From Fidelibacterota bacterium (lineage in GTDB: Bacteria > Fidelibacterota > UBA2242), in NCBI GenBank assembly GCA_049975265.1, contig JBNGDF010000014.1, forward strand, positions 5,507 through 64,406: a stretch of 58,900 nt of DNA, read 5' to 3'. Positions 48,448-57,871 of this stretch are shown piece by piece. The notes under the pieces are model-generated. The model was not told where the DNA came from and did not search any database. It saw only the letters and a list, made by a program, of their open reading frames with translations. The position numbers and the translations under genes were made by a program. Every line of letters begins with the position of its first letter. The first letter of the stretch is position 1.

Positions 48448-49581
48448 TTATTTTGTGACACGCCGCACCGCCCGGATATGGGTACGGCGATAGTTGTTAT
48501 AATGGGGATCAGCGGGATTGAAACTATCCAGCCGGACGCGTCCCGACGAGTGAATGAATTCATAATTCCCAATATACAAAGCAACGTGGGTAATGCGTGT
48601 CGGTCCGGGTCCGAAGAAAATCAGATCGCCGGATTGCAGCCGTTCCGGAAAATCGGTCGTGTCCACCGCCACCCCCTCATGGACCTGCATGCTGGCATCC
48701 CGTTGCAGAACGTAACCGTGCTGCCGAAACACCGTCTGGGTAAACCCGCTGCAGTCCAGCTGCTTCGGTGACGCCGCACCCCACATATAAGGGCGTCCCA
48801 TCAGCAGTTTTGCCGTTTTCACCAACTCCGCCCGGTCCAGCGGGCGATTCAGGTAATCCTCCAGTTTTTCCAGTGATTTCGTCGGCAGATAACCTTCCCG
48901 ACCATCGGGATAAGCGACCTTTGTCCAGCGCCACTTCCGGTCAAGCAGCCGAAACCGATTACCCATCACCACATCGCTGACCGGTTGCGATTTTTTAGAC
49001 CGCCGGGAATACACGACTCCTTCAATGTCAACATAGACCACCTGCGGTGCGTTCAGCCACTCCTCTTTGAAATTCAGACCGCCCTCCTGTACCCGGTCCG
49101 TTCCGACCCAGCCCAGGTAACCGTCGTCGGTTCGCACCAGATAAAAGCCGCGCTCCTTCTTCAATATCTCCAGCGGCAGTCCCCGCAGACTCTGGGTCAC
49201 CATCTCCTCCGCTACCGACGGGCGTCTGCGGAGGGTGGCGATGGAATTTTTGGGTACGGCAAATACGATTCCGTCCATTACATCATCGGGAAGCAGCTGA
49301 ATTCTCTTTTCAAACTCCACCCCGGTATCGATCGCATCGATCTGCTTATAAAAATCGGCTCTGGCGTCCCCGCGGTCGGTTTCGCCTGTCAGCACATATC
49401 GATCGTCCACCCACTGCGGTTCGACCTTCCAGACCGATGTCCGCCGGTCCGGGCAATACTTTTGCCGGATTTTCTCCGAGATTTCGGTGATCTGACGACA
49501 GACTCCCGTCGTATCTGTCGCAAGCAGCCGACCACCCAGAATCAGAATGACCAATAAAAACAAATGGTTTTTCACACGCAT
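48448..49581 (-). CDS. NlpC/P60 (C40) peptidase with SH3b domains, YkfC-like
   Basis: PYMWG, DCSGF, RDASMQ, GDLIFF, ITHVALY, FIHSS; GGGAG SD before ATG 49581. Confidence 0.93.
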   Translation of the reverse strand: MRVKNHLFLLVILILGGRLLATDTTGVCRQITEISEKIRQKYCPDRRTSVWKVEPQWVDDRYVLTGETDRGDARADFYKQIDAIDTGVEFEKRIQLLPDDVMDGIVFAVPKNSIATLRRRPSVAEEMVTQSLRGLPLEILKKERGFYLVRTDDGYLGWVGTDRVQEGGLNFKEEWLNAPQVVYVDIEGVVYSRRSKKSQPVSDVVMGNRFRLLDRKWRWTKVAYPDGREGYLPTKSLEKLEDYLNRPLDRAELVKTAKLLMGRPYMWGAASPKQLDCSGFTQTVFRQHGYVLQRDASMQVHEGVAVDTTDFPERLQSGDLIFFGPGPTRITHVALYIGNYEFIHSSGRVRLDSFNPADPHYNNYRRTHIRAVRRVTK

Positions 49582-49609
49582 CGAAACGATCTCCCGTTCT
49601 GTAGATTGA

Positions 49610-51262
49610 TTACTTTGCAAATCCCAGCGTCATCCGGTACTCAGTGCCGTCCTGCAGAACTTCCATTGCCTTTGTCACTACCGGGTCCGAATCAAGATCG
49701 TTTTTTATCCGTTCCGAAAGCCCTCCAGCCAGGGTCGCCAGCTCGCTCTTCAGACCGCGCCGAATCTGGTCCAGATTCTGTTCAAATTCTCTCTGTTTCA
49801 GGGAGTCGTAAATTGCATAAACTGATTGAAAGGGATTTGTCAAATCTTTGAAATGGTCATCTTTCTGCAATTCCCGCTCCACCTCTCTGAGTCTCTTTTC
49901 ATTTTTCTGGATGTAGGCAAACTTATCGGCTTCCAGAAAACCCCGAAAATCACTAATGATCTCATCGGACACAACTACAGGCGTCCGGATTTCGCCATGC
50001 ACCGACTTATAGTGAATCGCATAGGAATAAAACATGTTCTGCCGCCAGAGCTCCCGGGTATAATCGCTCAGCGATTCACCCTTAACCTCCAAATCCGGCA
50101 CAATCCCGCCGCCACCCCTGAGTAGCCGTCTGTTTCGTGAGTAAAACAGAGTGTCACCGGGACTCGTTTGCTCCACCAGAGTCGGATTATTCAGATAATC
50201 GGGCTTCTGAATCAACCGTCCGCTGGGGATATAGTATTTCGCCGTTGTAATCTTCATTGCATGTTCACGGTCTATCCGAAAAACTGTCTGGACCAGCCCC
50301 TTCCCAAAACTGGGTGCCCCAAGCACAATTCCGCGGTCCAGATCCTGGGTAACACCGGCGACAATCTCACTGGCGGATGCGCTGCCCTGATTGATCAGAA
50401 CTGCCAATTTGATTTCATCGGGCAGAACAGGTTTTTGACTGGCAACGAAAACCTTATTTGCCATCGATGTCCGCCCCCGGGTCAGAAGGAGGGTATCACC
50501 GATATTTGTAAACAGTTCGGAGACCGCCAATGCCTCGGTCAACAGTCCGCCGGGATTCCCGCGCAGATCCAGAATCAACCCTTTCATCCGCCGATCCTCT
50601 TTTCGCAACGATTCAATAGCTTCGGCGACCTCCTCGGATGCATCCTTTGAAAATCCGGACAGCCGGATATAACCGATGTGATTCTCTAACATTCCAGCAT
50701 AACTGACGTCGGTAACATTGATATTTTCACGAATCAACGTATACTCATTCACTCCGGGAACACCGGGACGGCGAATCGTCAGCGTCACACTGGAACCGAT
50801 CTTGCCGCGAATCATTTTCGCCGACTTGTCCAAATCCATCCCGATTGTTGAGACCGAATCCACCTTCAGAATCTGATCGCCTGGCAAAATATTCGCCCGG
50901 CTGGCTGGACTGCCATCCATCGGTGCGATGACAGTCAACGTATCCTTGCGCATGCTGATCCGCAAACCGACACCGCCATATTTGCCCTTTGTCAGGGTCT
51001 CCAGCGGCTCTTTCTCCTCTTCCGTCAGAAAAACCGTATAGGGGTCCAACTCCTTGACCATCTGCCGGATGCTGTTTTCAGTAAACTCCCTGGTTTTGAT
51101 CGGATCCACGTAATTCGTGAAGAGCTGCCGATACACCTCATTATAGAGGCGAACGGAATGGGAGATTTCTTTGTAAATATCCGGACTGCCGAAAGCAAAC
51201 AGAAGCGCTATCGACAGTATTACGCCGATGAATACAAGATTTTTACGTTTGTTTATTACCAT
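49610..51262 (-). CDS. S41 carboxyl-terminal processing protease (CtpA/Prc-like)
   Basis: LDPYT, PDZ domain, ILDLRGNPGG, SASASEIVAG, SFGKGLVQ, TTAKYYIPSGR. Confidence 0.95.
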   Translation of the reverse strand: MVINKRKNLVFIGVILSIALLFAFGSPDIYKEISHSVRLYNEVYRQLFTNYVDPIKTREFTENSIRQMVKELDPYTVFLTEEEKEPLETLTKGKYGGVGLRISMRKDTLTVIAPMDGSPASRANILPGDQILKVDSVSTIGMDLDKSAKMIRGKIGSSVTLTIRRPGVPGVNEYTLIRENINVTDVSYAGMLENHIGYIRLSGFSKDASEEVAEAIESLRKEDRRMKGLILDLRGNPGGLLTEALAVSELFTNIGDTLLLTRGRTSMANKVFVASQKPVLPDEIKLAVLINQGSASASEIVAGVTQDLDRGIVLGAPSFGKGLVQTVFRIDREHAMKITTAKYYIPSGRLIQKPDYLNNPTLVEQTSPGDTLFYSRNRRLLRGGGGIVPDLEVKGESLSDYTRELWRQNMFYSYAIHYKSVHGEIRTPVVVSDEIISDFRGFLEADKFAYIQKNEKRLREVERELQKDDHFKDLTNPFQSVYAIYDSLKQREFEQNLDQIRRGLKSELATLAGGLSERIKNDLDSDPVVTKAMEVLQDGTEYRMTLGFAK

Positions 51263-51890
51263 CCTCTTTCTTTTCCTTTATCAATTGTATGTGATTCCAG
51301 ATTTGCTGAGATAAGGCGCGTGGTTTTTGGTGACCGTCAAGAAGGACAAACCGTTCCGGTTCTGCTTCCGCCATTTTTATAAATCCAGAACGTACTCTTT
51401 TATGAAAATCCACCGCCTCCTGTTCCAGTCGGTCCAGGCTCTTTTGACCGAGACGCCGGTGACGTTCATCCAGTGATATATCCAGAATAAAGGTTAAATC
51501 CGGCACCAGCGATTTCGTCGCCACCCGATTCAGCCGCCGGATAAAATCCAAATCAATCCCGCGACCGTAGCCCTGGTACGCCGTTGTGGAATCATAAAAC
51601 CGGTCGCAAATCACAATGTGCCCGTCGGCAAGAGCGGGAATAATACGCGATTCCGTCAATTGATAACGGCTGGCAGAATAGAGCAGCAGCTCCGTGATGG
51701 CGCACATGTGATGATGATTTTTATCCAAAAGAATGTCACGAATCTTTTCGCCGATTTCAGTGCCGCCCGGTTCCCGCAGCAGCAGGTAGCTGAGCCCCGC
51801 CGCCTGCAACCGGTCAATCAGCGCATTGATCTGCGTCGTTTTACCCGACCCGTCAATCCCTTCAAATGTGATAAACAGACCTTTGTTCAT
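51243..51890 (-). CDS. tmk: Thymidylate kinase
   Basis: FITFEGIDGSGKTTQ, REPGGT, CDRFYDSTTAYQG, PDLTFILD. Confidence 0.97.
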   Translation of the reverse strand: MNKGLFITFEGIDGSGKTTQINALIDRLQAAGLSYLLLREPGGTEIGEKIRDILLDKNHHHMCAITELLLYSASRYQLTESRIIPALADGHIVICDRFYDSTTAYQGYGRGIDLDFIRRLNRVATKSLVPDLTFILDISLDERHRRLGQKSLDRLEQEAVDFHKRVRSGFIKMAEAEPERFVLLDGHQKPRALSQQIWNHIQLIKEKKEDGNKQT

Positions 51891-51951
51891 GGCGGTAAAG
51901 TTAACGATCCTTCCTGAAAGAGAAAATCATATTCACGGCGAAATGTCGACA

Positions 51952-52656
51952 TCAGGCGGTTTTCTGTCGGGACACTTCCTGAATTAGCTCAGCGGGCAGA
52001 AAACGATAGCTTAAATATAGAAAGGGTGTGTCGATCGCCGCTACGATTATTTTTAAGAGATAGGTGGACAGAATAATCTGTCCTACAATTTTCAGTGGGA
52101 AAACTCCGACGAAGGCGATCAGGGAGAAGGTCACCGAATCGATCAGCTGACTGGTCCAAGTGGAGGCGTTATTGCGCAGCCAGAGCAGACGGTTGCGGGT
52201 CAGTTTACGAATCGCATGATACGCCCAGATATCATGAAACTGGGAGATCAGGTAGGCGATCATTGATGCCAGCACAATCCGCGGTGCAAAGGAGAAAATC
52301 GACTGCATCCCATCGTGCACCGTATCATACTCCGCCGGCTGCATCAACAGAATAAACTGCGAAGTAACCAGATAGAACAGCGCTGCAAAAAATCCGATGA
52401 TCACCGCTCTGCGTCCCGCCTCTTTACCGTAATGTTCACACAGTAAATCCGTTACGAGAAAAATCGCCCCGTAGGTGATATTCCCGCCGGTAGCGCTCAA
52501 ACCGAATAGCCGAAACTGCTTGGTGACAAAAATATTGGCTAAAACAATGCAGATCGCAATAAAAGCATAGAGCCAGATTTTACCCAATCGGAACATCAGC
52601 AATGCCGTACTGAGTACGACCACAATCATCAGGAAAAAGATCAGTTCGTTTGGCAT
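51952..52656 (-). CDS. Queuosine precursor transporter (YhhQ/VUT family)
   Basis: ANIFVTK, GNITY, TDLLCEHYG, PRIVLASMIAYLISQFHD, WLRNNAST, DTPFLY. Confidence 0.92.
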   Translation of the reverse strand: MPNELIFFLMIVVVLSTALLMFRLGKIWLYAFIAICIVLANIFVTKQFRLFGLSATGGNITYGAIFLVTDLLCEHYGKEAGRRAVIIGFFAALFYLVTSQFILLMQPAEYDTVHDGMQSIFSFAPRIVLASMIAYLISQFHDIWAYHAIRKLTRNRLLWLRNNASTWTSQLIDSVTFSLIAFVGVFPLKIVGQIILSTYLLKIIVAAIDTPFLYLSYRFLPAELIQEVSRQKTA

Positions 52657-52685
52657 TTTTACCGAATTGTAAAAATTGACGGGGA

Positions 52686-53645
52686 CTATTCTTCTGACCA
52701 GCTGCCCATTTTGGCATACTTATCAATGCGCTGACGGACAAGCTCTTCGACTGGAATCGCAACCAGTTCATCAAGATTTCGCAGAATATGTTCTTTCAGA
52801 ATCGCCGCCGTGGCGTCGGGATTACGGTGCGCACTGCCGTCCGGTTCGGGGATCAGCTCATCGGCAACACCCAGTTCATAGAGATCACTGGCGGTCACTT
52901 TCATGGCTTCGGCAGCTAGACTCGCCTTGCCGGCATCGCGATAGAGAATCGAGGCACAGCCTTCGGGACTGATCACCGAATACCAGGTGTTTTCCAGCAC
53001 GATGGTGCGGTCTCCGACTCCGATCCCCAACGCACCGCCGCTGGCGCCTTCACCGATTACACAGATCAAAATCGGTGTTCGCAGACGACTCATCTCGAAC
53101 AGATTGCGGGCTATGGCTTCCGCCTGACCGCGTTCCTCGGCACCGACGCCCGGAAACGCCCCCTGCGTATCAATAAACGAGATCACCGGCTTGTGAAACT
53201 TCTCCGCCAGCTTCATCGCCCGCAGCGCCTTGCGGTAGCCTTCGGGATGGGGCGATCCAAAGTTGCGATAGAGATTCTCTTTAATATTGCGCCCCTTTTG
53301 ATGACCGATAATGACGACTTTATGCTTCTCAATCGTTGCAAAACCGGCTACAATGGATTTGTCATCGGCAAAATGCCGGTCGCCATGAATTTCAATGAAA
53401 TCCGAACTGATCCGCTCCATATAATCGAGAGTATACGGTCGGTCGGGATGCCGCGCCAACTGCACCCGCTGCCAGCGGTCGAGATTGGTAAAGGTCTTTT
53501 TAACCAGCTTGCTCAGCTTATCTTCCAGCTTCTGAATCTCATCATTCAAATCGACGCTGTTGACCCGCGCCAATTCCCGCATCTCTTCGATCTTCTGTTC
53601 AAGCTCCAAAATCGGTTTCTCAAAATCCAACGTCAGTTTCGCCAT
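52686..53645 (-). CDS. accA: Acetyl-CoA carboxylase carboxyltransferase alpha subunit
   Basis: LDFEKPI, ARHPDRP, HGDR, PEGYRKALR, GAEERGQAEAIA, YSVISPEGCA. Confidence 0.97.
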   Translation of the reverse strand: MAKLTLDFEKPILELEQKIEEMRELARVNSVDLNDEIQKLEDKLSKLVKKTFTNLDRWQRVQLARHPDRPYTLDYMERISSDFIEIHGDRHFADDKSIVAGFATIEKHKVVIIGHQKGRNIKENLYRNFGSPHPEGYRKALRAMKLAEKFHKPVISFIDTQGAFPGVGAEERGQAEAIARNLFEMSRLRTPILICVIGEGASGGALGIGVGDRTIVLENTWYSVISPEGCASILYRDAGKASLAAEAMKVTASDLYELGVADELIPEPDGSAHRNPDATAAILKEHILRNLDELVAIPVEELVRQRIDKYAKMGSWSEE

Positions 53646-53655
53646 AATTTCCCGT

Positions 53656-55725
53656 CTATATATTCAACAATGCTTTTAAAATAATTTCGACATCCAGAAA
53701 CAACGAATGGTTTTGCATGTAGTAATGTTCGTAATTCTGTTTGTCAATCTGCTCGGGTCCGTGGGTCTCCTGCAACTGAAACAGACCTGTCAGACCGGGC
53801 TTACACCGCAGGCGGCGAATGTGGGGATTGGTGGTCAGCAGCTCGCTGCCCACAAAACTCATATCCCCAGCTACGACGGAAAGCAGCAGCGGAAACTTCT
53901 CCACCAGCGGTCGCGCGTGGTTTCCGTTCCGCTTTGCAAATACAACGCCGGTAAAAGTACGCCCCTCTTTGCCCAGAAATTCGCGCTGTCTGAAACGATA
54001 ACCGGCGATCAGCCCGTAGGGGATCAGCACCACCGACATGGTCAGCAAACCCAGTAGCGCCAACACCAGATCGAAGACCCGCTTCGCCAGCCGGTTTCCC
54101 AGCCGGTAGAGATTATACTCCACCTCGACCAGAGGGATATCTTCAATTTTTTCCACACTGGATTTACCAATGATATAATTCAGATTTTTGGGCGCAATCT
54201 TAACGTTGACGCGCACTTTCTTCACCCGGTCCAGAATATTCAGAATTTCGTCATTGCTAAATTCATCGGTGGTAAAAATAATCTCCGTCGCCCGATGAAT
54301 ACGGATAATCTCGCCCAGGTCATCCACTACACCCAAAAACGGAAAGCCCAGATTCTTTTTAACAGAATACTTTTTATCCACAAATCCCAGAATTTCAAAT
54401 CCATGTTCAATATGACTCTGCAGCTTTTTCGCGATGCGATCCCCCTCGCTTCCGGTTCCGGCAATGATCGTCCGACGGGAGAGCAGCGCCCGGGACAGCG
54501 GCGATTTTGGCGAAATGATCCGCCGCCTTTGCAAAAAAAGCAGGAAAATCCGCCAACCGGGCAAAAACAGCATGACCAGTAAAAAACTCCAGATCAGCAG
54601 ATGCGGAGAATAGATAAATCCTTTAAACAGCATGTTAAAAATAATAGACGCCACAAAACTGATCGCCGATGCAATCGCCGCCCGGGAGTAGGAGAGCTCG
54701 CGGCGTTCATACAGACCAATGATGTAACCGGTACCCAGCCAGAGCAGCAGATAAAAGATCAACATGGAAAAGACCAGTGATATCTCCTCAATCGGATGCG
54801 GCTGCAGATAATGAGCCAATAAAATCGCCATACTGACGGCAACGCCATCCACAAAAAGAATAACATGTTTACGGAAAAAGCGTCCGATCAGCGACACAAT
54901 CCCCCTTGCGAAAATGCCCATCCGCAAGATGATATCAAAAAGCAGGGAGTAGCTTTTACTGAAGTGCTTCTTGACAAAAATGTCCATCGCTTTATAAAAG
55001 ATGATGAAATTATCGAAACTCGCCAGTTTGGCGCTCTCCCCTTTGTAATGGATGATTTTCGTATCGGGGACATAATAAATCTTCCAGCCGGCTTCCTTGA
55101 TCCGATAACAGTAGTCCAGGTCCTCTCCGTACATGAAAAAGGTCTCATCCAGCCCCTGAATCTCTTCGTACACCGCCCTTCTGAACATTAAAAAGGAACC
55201 GCTGACGGCTTCTACTTCGATCAATTTATCCGGATCTTCGTAGGTCAGATTATACTTCCCAAACAGTTTGACCTTTGGAAACAGTCGACTCAGTCCCAGC
55301 AGTTTGGGCAGTGCCACCACGGGCGACGGAAAACTGCGCCGACACGCCAGCTGCAGCGAACCGTCGGCATTCAGGATTTTACAACCCGCCGCACCGGCAT
55401 CCGGCACCTCTTCGAAGAAACTAATCATCGTAGGAATGGTGTCTTCCTGAATCATTGTATCCGGATTAAGCAATAAAAGATAGTCGCCCGCTGACACTTC
55501 CAGGCCCTGATTGCATGCCGCCGCGAAGCCGCGATTCTCGTTATTCTCAATCAGCCGAATCTCCGGAAATTTATAGGCAACGGTTTCCGGCGTCCCGTCC
55601 ACCGAGTTATTATCCACTATGATAATTTCATGGTCAATTCCGTCCAGAGAATTTTTCAGCGATAAAATACACTGCTCAAGAAATTCCTTGACGTTATAAC
55701 TGACAATGATGACCGATATTTTCAT
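53656..55725 (-). CDS. GT2 glycosyltransferase fused to TM, CoA-binding-like and degenerate bacterial sugar transferase domains
   Basis: VIIVSYN, VDNNSVDG, LLNPD, FMYGEDLD, IHYKGES; later KRVFDL, GDMSFVG, KPGLTG. Start ATG 55725 (TAATG overlap). Confidence 0.88.
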   Translation of the reverse strand: MKISVIIVSYNVKEFLEQCILSLKNSLDGIDHEIIIVDNNSVDGTPETVAYKFPEIRLIENNENRGFAAACNQGLEVSAGDYLLLLNPDTMIQEDTIPTMISFFEEVPDAGAAGCKILNADGSLQLACRRSFPSPVVALPKLLGLSRLFPKVKLFGKYNLTYEDPDKLIEVEAVSGSFLMFRRAVYEEIQGLDETFFMYGEDLDYCYRIKEAGWKIYYVPDTKIIHYKGESAKLASFDNFIIFYKAMDIFVKKHFSKSYSLLFDIILRMGIFARGIVSLIGRFFRKHVILFVDGVAVSMAILLAHYLQPHPIEEISLVFSMLIFYLLLWLGTGYIIGLYERRELSYSRAAIASAISFVASIIFNMLFKGFIYSPHLLIWSFLLVMLFLPGWRIFLLFLQRRRIISPKSPLSRALLSRRTIIAGTGSEGDRIAKKLQSHIEHGFEILGFVDKKYSVKKNLGFPFLGVVDDLGEIIRIHRATEIIFTTDEFSNDEILNILDRVKKVRVNVKIAPKNLNYIIGKSSVEKIEDIPLVEVEYNLYRLGNRLAKRVFDLVLALLGLLTMSVVLIPYGLIAGYRFRQREFLGKEGRTFTGVVFAKRNGNHARPLVEKFPLLLSVVAGDMSFVGSELLTTNPHIRRLRCKPGLTGLFQLQETHGPEQIDKQNYEHYYMQNHSLFLDVEIILKALLNI

Positions 55726-56444
55726 TACTTCAGTTTGCCCAACCAGCCCAGAAATTTCAGTTTCCACACCATAAACACCGCTTCCCAGACAATCGCCTTC
55801 GACATTTTTGAATGTCCCTCCGAACGCTCAACAAAAATAATGGAAACCTCCTGCAGTGTAAAGCCCTTTTTCCAGGCACGGAAATTCATCTCGATCTGAA
55901 AGGAATAGCCCGACGATTTAATCCGGTCGAGGTTCATCGATTCCAGGACCTCCCGCTTAAAGCACTTGAATCCGGCGGTGGCGTCCTTCACCGGCATACG
56001 AGTCACAACCCTGGTATATAGGTTGGCACAATAACTCAGCAGCAGGCGCTTGATCGGCCAGTTGATAACATTTACACCGTTGCAGTAGCGCGAACCGATC
56101 GCCAGATCGGCGCCCTGTTTGCAGGCGTCAATCAGACGCGGCAGGTCATCCGGATTATGCGACAGATCGGCATCCATTTCCAGAATATACCGATAACCCT
56201 TCGCCAGTGCCCAGTGGAAGCCTTTGATATAGGCGGTTCCAAGCCCCATCTTCCCGGGGCGCTCAATTAAAAAGATATGTTTATACGTTTTCTGCAATTC
56301 CCTGATGACGGCACCGGTCCCGTCCGGACTGCTGTCATCAATAATCAGAATATCCAGATCAATCTTTAAGTTGTTAACTTTTTCAATAACGATCCGAATA
56401 TTCTGCTTTTCGTTATAGGTGGGTATGATAACCAGTGATTCCAC
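55725..56444 (-). CDS. Polyprenol-phosphate mannose synthase (DPM1-like GT2)
   Basis: IIPTYNE, DDSSPDGT, GLGTAY, EMDADLSH, IGSRY, DATAGF, GYSFQIE, SKMS. Confidence 0.92.
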   Translation of the reverse strand: MESLVIIPTYNEKQNIRIVIEKVNNLKIDLDILIIDDSSPDGTGAVIRELQKTYKHIFLIERPGKMGLGTAYIKGFHWALAKGYRYILEMDADLSHNPDDLPRLIDACKQGADLAIGSRYCNGVNVINWPIKRLLLSYCANLYTRVVTRMPVKDATAGFKCFKREVLESMNLDRIKSSGYSFQIEMNFRAWKKGFTLQEVSIIFVERSEGHSKMSKAIVWEAVFMVWKLKFLGWLGKLK

Positions 56445-57325
56445 TACATATTTCCCTTCATTCTGGTAAGCGATTCGCTGATGGAGTAAAACGGAACATC
56501 CAGAACTTTCCTGATTTTATCGCAAATCAGACCGGCTTTGAACGGTCGCGGTGCAATCTGATGTAACGAGCGGGTGGATGTTTTCCGGATAAGCAGCGGG
56601 TTCAGACCGTAAATCTCGGCAATCTTCAGGGCAAACTCGAACCGGTTGAGATAATCTTCCCCCGCATAATGATAGAGCCCCCGGACATCGTTTTCAATGA
56701 CTTTGGCAATGGCTTCCGCCAGCCCGTAACTCCAGGTGGGATTGCCATACTGATCATTGACTACGGAAATCGTTTCAAAGCGGCTCAATTTTTCGGTCAC
56801 CCAGCGGACAAAACTGGCTTTTTGCATCATCGTATTGCCGAATAGCACGTTAGTGCGGATGATTGTCCAGGGCAGGTTTGAATTTTCGATAATCTTCTCA
56901 GAATCCAGCTTCGTCTGACCGTAGTAGTTGATGGGCTTCGGAGTTTGCTCTTCGGAATAGGGACCGGCGGTTCCGTCGAATACATAATCGGTGGAGATAT
57001 GGATCAACCGACAGGGGGTATTTTGCAGTACGGCAATCAGGTTTTCGACACCACCGGCATTGACCTTCCAGGCGGATTCGCGCTGAATCTCACTCCCGTC
57101 AACGTCGGTAAAGGCGGCACAGTTAATAACGGTTTCCGGCTGATATTTTTCGGTAATCCGGGCAATCGCCTGGCGGTCGGTAATATCCAAAATCTGATAC
57201 GTTACATCGCTTTTGTATGTCAGTCCATCCTGCTGATCCGTAGCGATAATGTTGTGCTGCCGGGACAGCAATTTAACACACTCTTCACCGAGCATACCAT
57301 TGGCACCGGTTATCAATATCGTCAT
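56444..57325 (-). CDS. rfbD: dTDP-4-dehydrorhamnose reductase
   Basis: ITGANGMLG, INCAAFTDVD, HISTDYVFDG, YYGQTK, VNDQYGNPT. Confidence 0.93.
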   Translation of the reverse strand: MTILITGANGMLGEECVKLLSRQHNIIATDQQDGLTYKSDVTYQILDITDRQAIARITEKYQPETVINCAAFTDVDGSEIQRESAWKVNAGGVENLIAVLQNTPCRLIHISTDYVFDGTAGPYSEEQTPKPINYYGQTKLDSEKIIENSNLPWTIIRTNVLFGNTMMQKASFVRWVTEKLSRFETISVVNDQYGNPTWSYGLAEAIAKVIENDVRGLYHYAGEDYLNRFEFALKIAEIYGLNPLLIRKTSTRSLHQIAPRPFKAGLICDKIRKVLDVPFYSISESLTRMKGNM

Positions 57326-57330
57326 GGATT

Positions 57331-57789
57331 TTATAATTTGGACCCCTTTTTACGAAATTCATCGAGCCGGTCGCGCATTTTCGGATTTTTCAGCGCAATA
57401 ATTCGGGCGGCATATACCACCGCATTGATTACACCGGCTTTCCCCACCGCCATTGTGCCTACCGGAATCCCTTTGGGCATCTGGACAATCGAGAGCAGCG
57501 CGTCCATTCCGTTCAGCGACGAAGCATCCAGCGGTACCCCGATGACCGGCAGTGGGGTGATTGCGGCGATAACGCCCGGCAGATGAGCCGCCATTCCTGC
57601 ACAGGCGATAATCACCTCCACGCGCTCCTTTTCCGCTTCTCCGATATAGTTCACCAGCGCCTCATGTTGCCGGTGCGCCGACAAAACCCGAATATCGTGT
57701 TCGATCTGAAAAAAATCCAGATAGGCTTTGGCGGATTCCAGAACGGCGATATCCGATGTGCTTCCGACTATTATGGCTATTTTCGACAT
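57331..57789 (-). CDS. purE: N5-CAIR mutase
   Basis: GSTSD, SAHR, AGMAAHLPG, PVIGVP, SIVQMPKGIPV. Start ATG 57789. Confidence 0.96.
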   Translation of the reverse strand: MSKIAIIVGSTSDIAVLESAKAYLDFFQIEHDIRVLSAHRQHEALVNYIGEAEKERVEVIIACAGMAAHLPGVIAAITPLPVIGVPLDASSLNGMDALLSIVQMPKGIPVGTMAVGKAGVINAVVYAARIIALKNPKMRDRLDEFRKKGSKL

Positions 57790-57809
57790 TTTCCCACTAA
57801 CCTCAAATG

Positions 57810-57838
57810 AATTTACATGCCCCTGCGTCAATTAGCAA
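57810..57838 (-). promoter_or_regulatory. Putative sigma70 promoter for the purE-rfbD operon
   Basis: TTGCTA-17 nt-TAAATT. Confidence 0.55.
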
Positions 57839-57871
57839 TCGATTATTCCCTGCCGGGGTGCTGTTTATTAG

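Noticed and set aside
52657..52685. preQ1 riboswitch before the queuosine precursor transporter
   Set aside because: 29-nt gap after accA with no preQ1 stem-loop signature.
57790..57871. Purine or ZTP riboswitch upstream of purE
   Set aside because: The 82-nt spacer is occupied by a promoter close to the start and shows no aptamer motifs.
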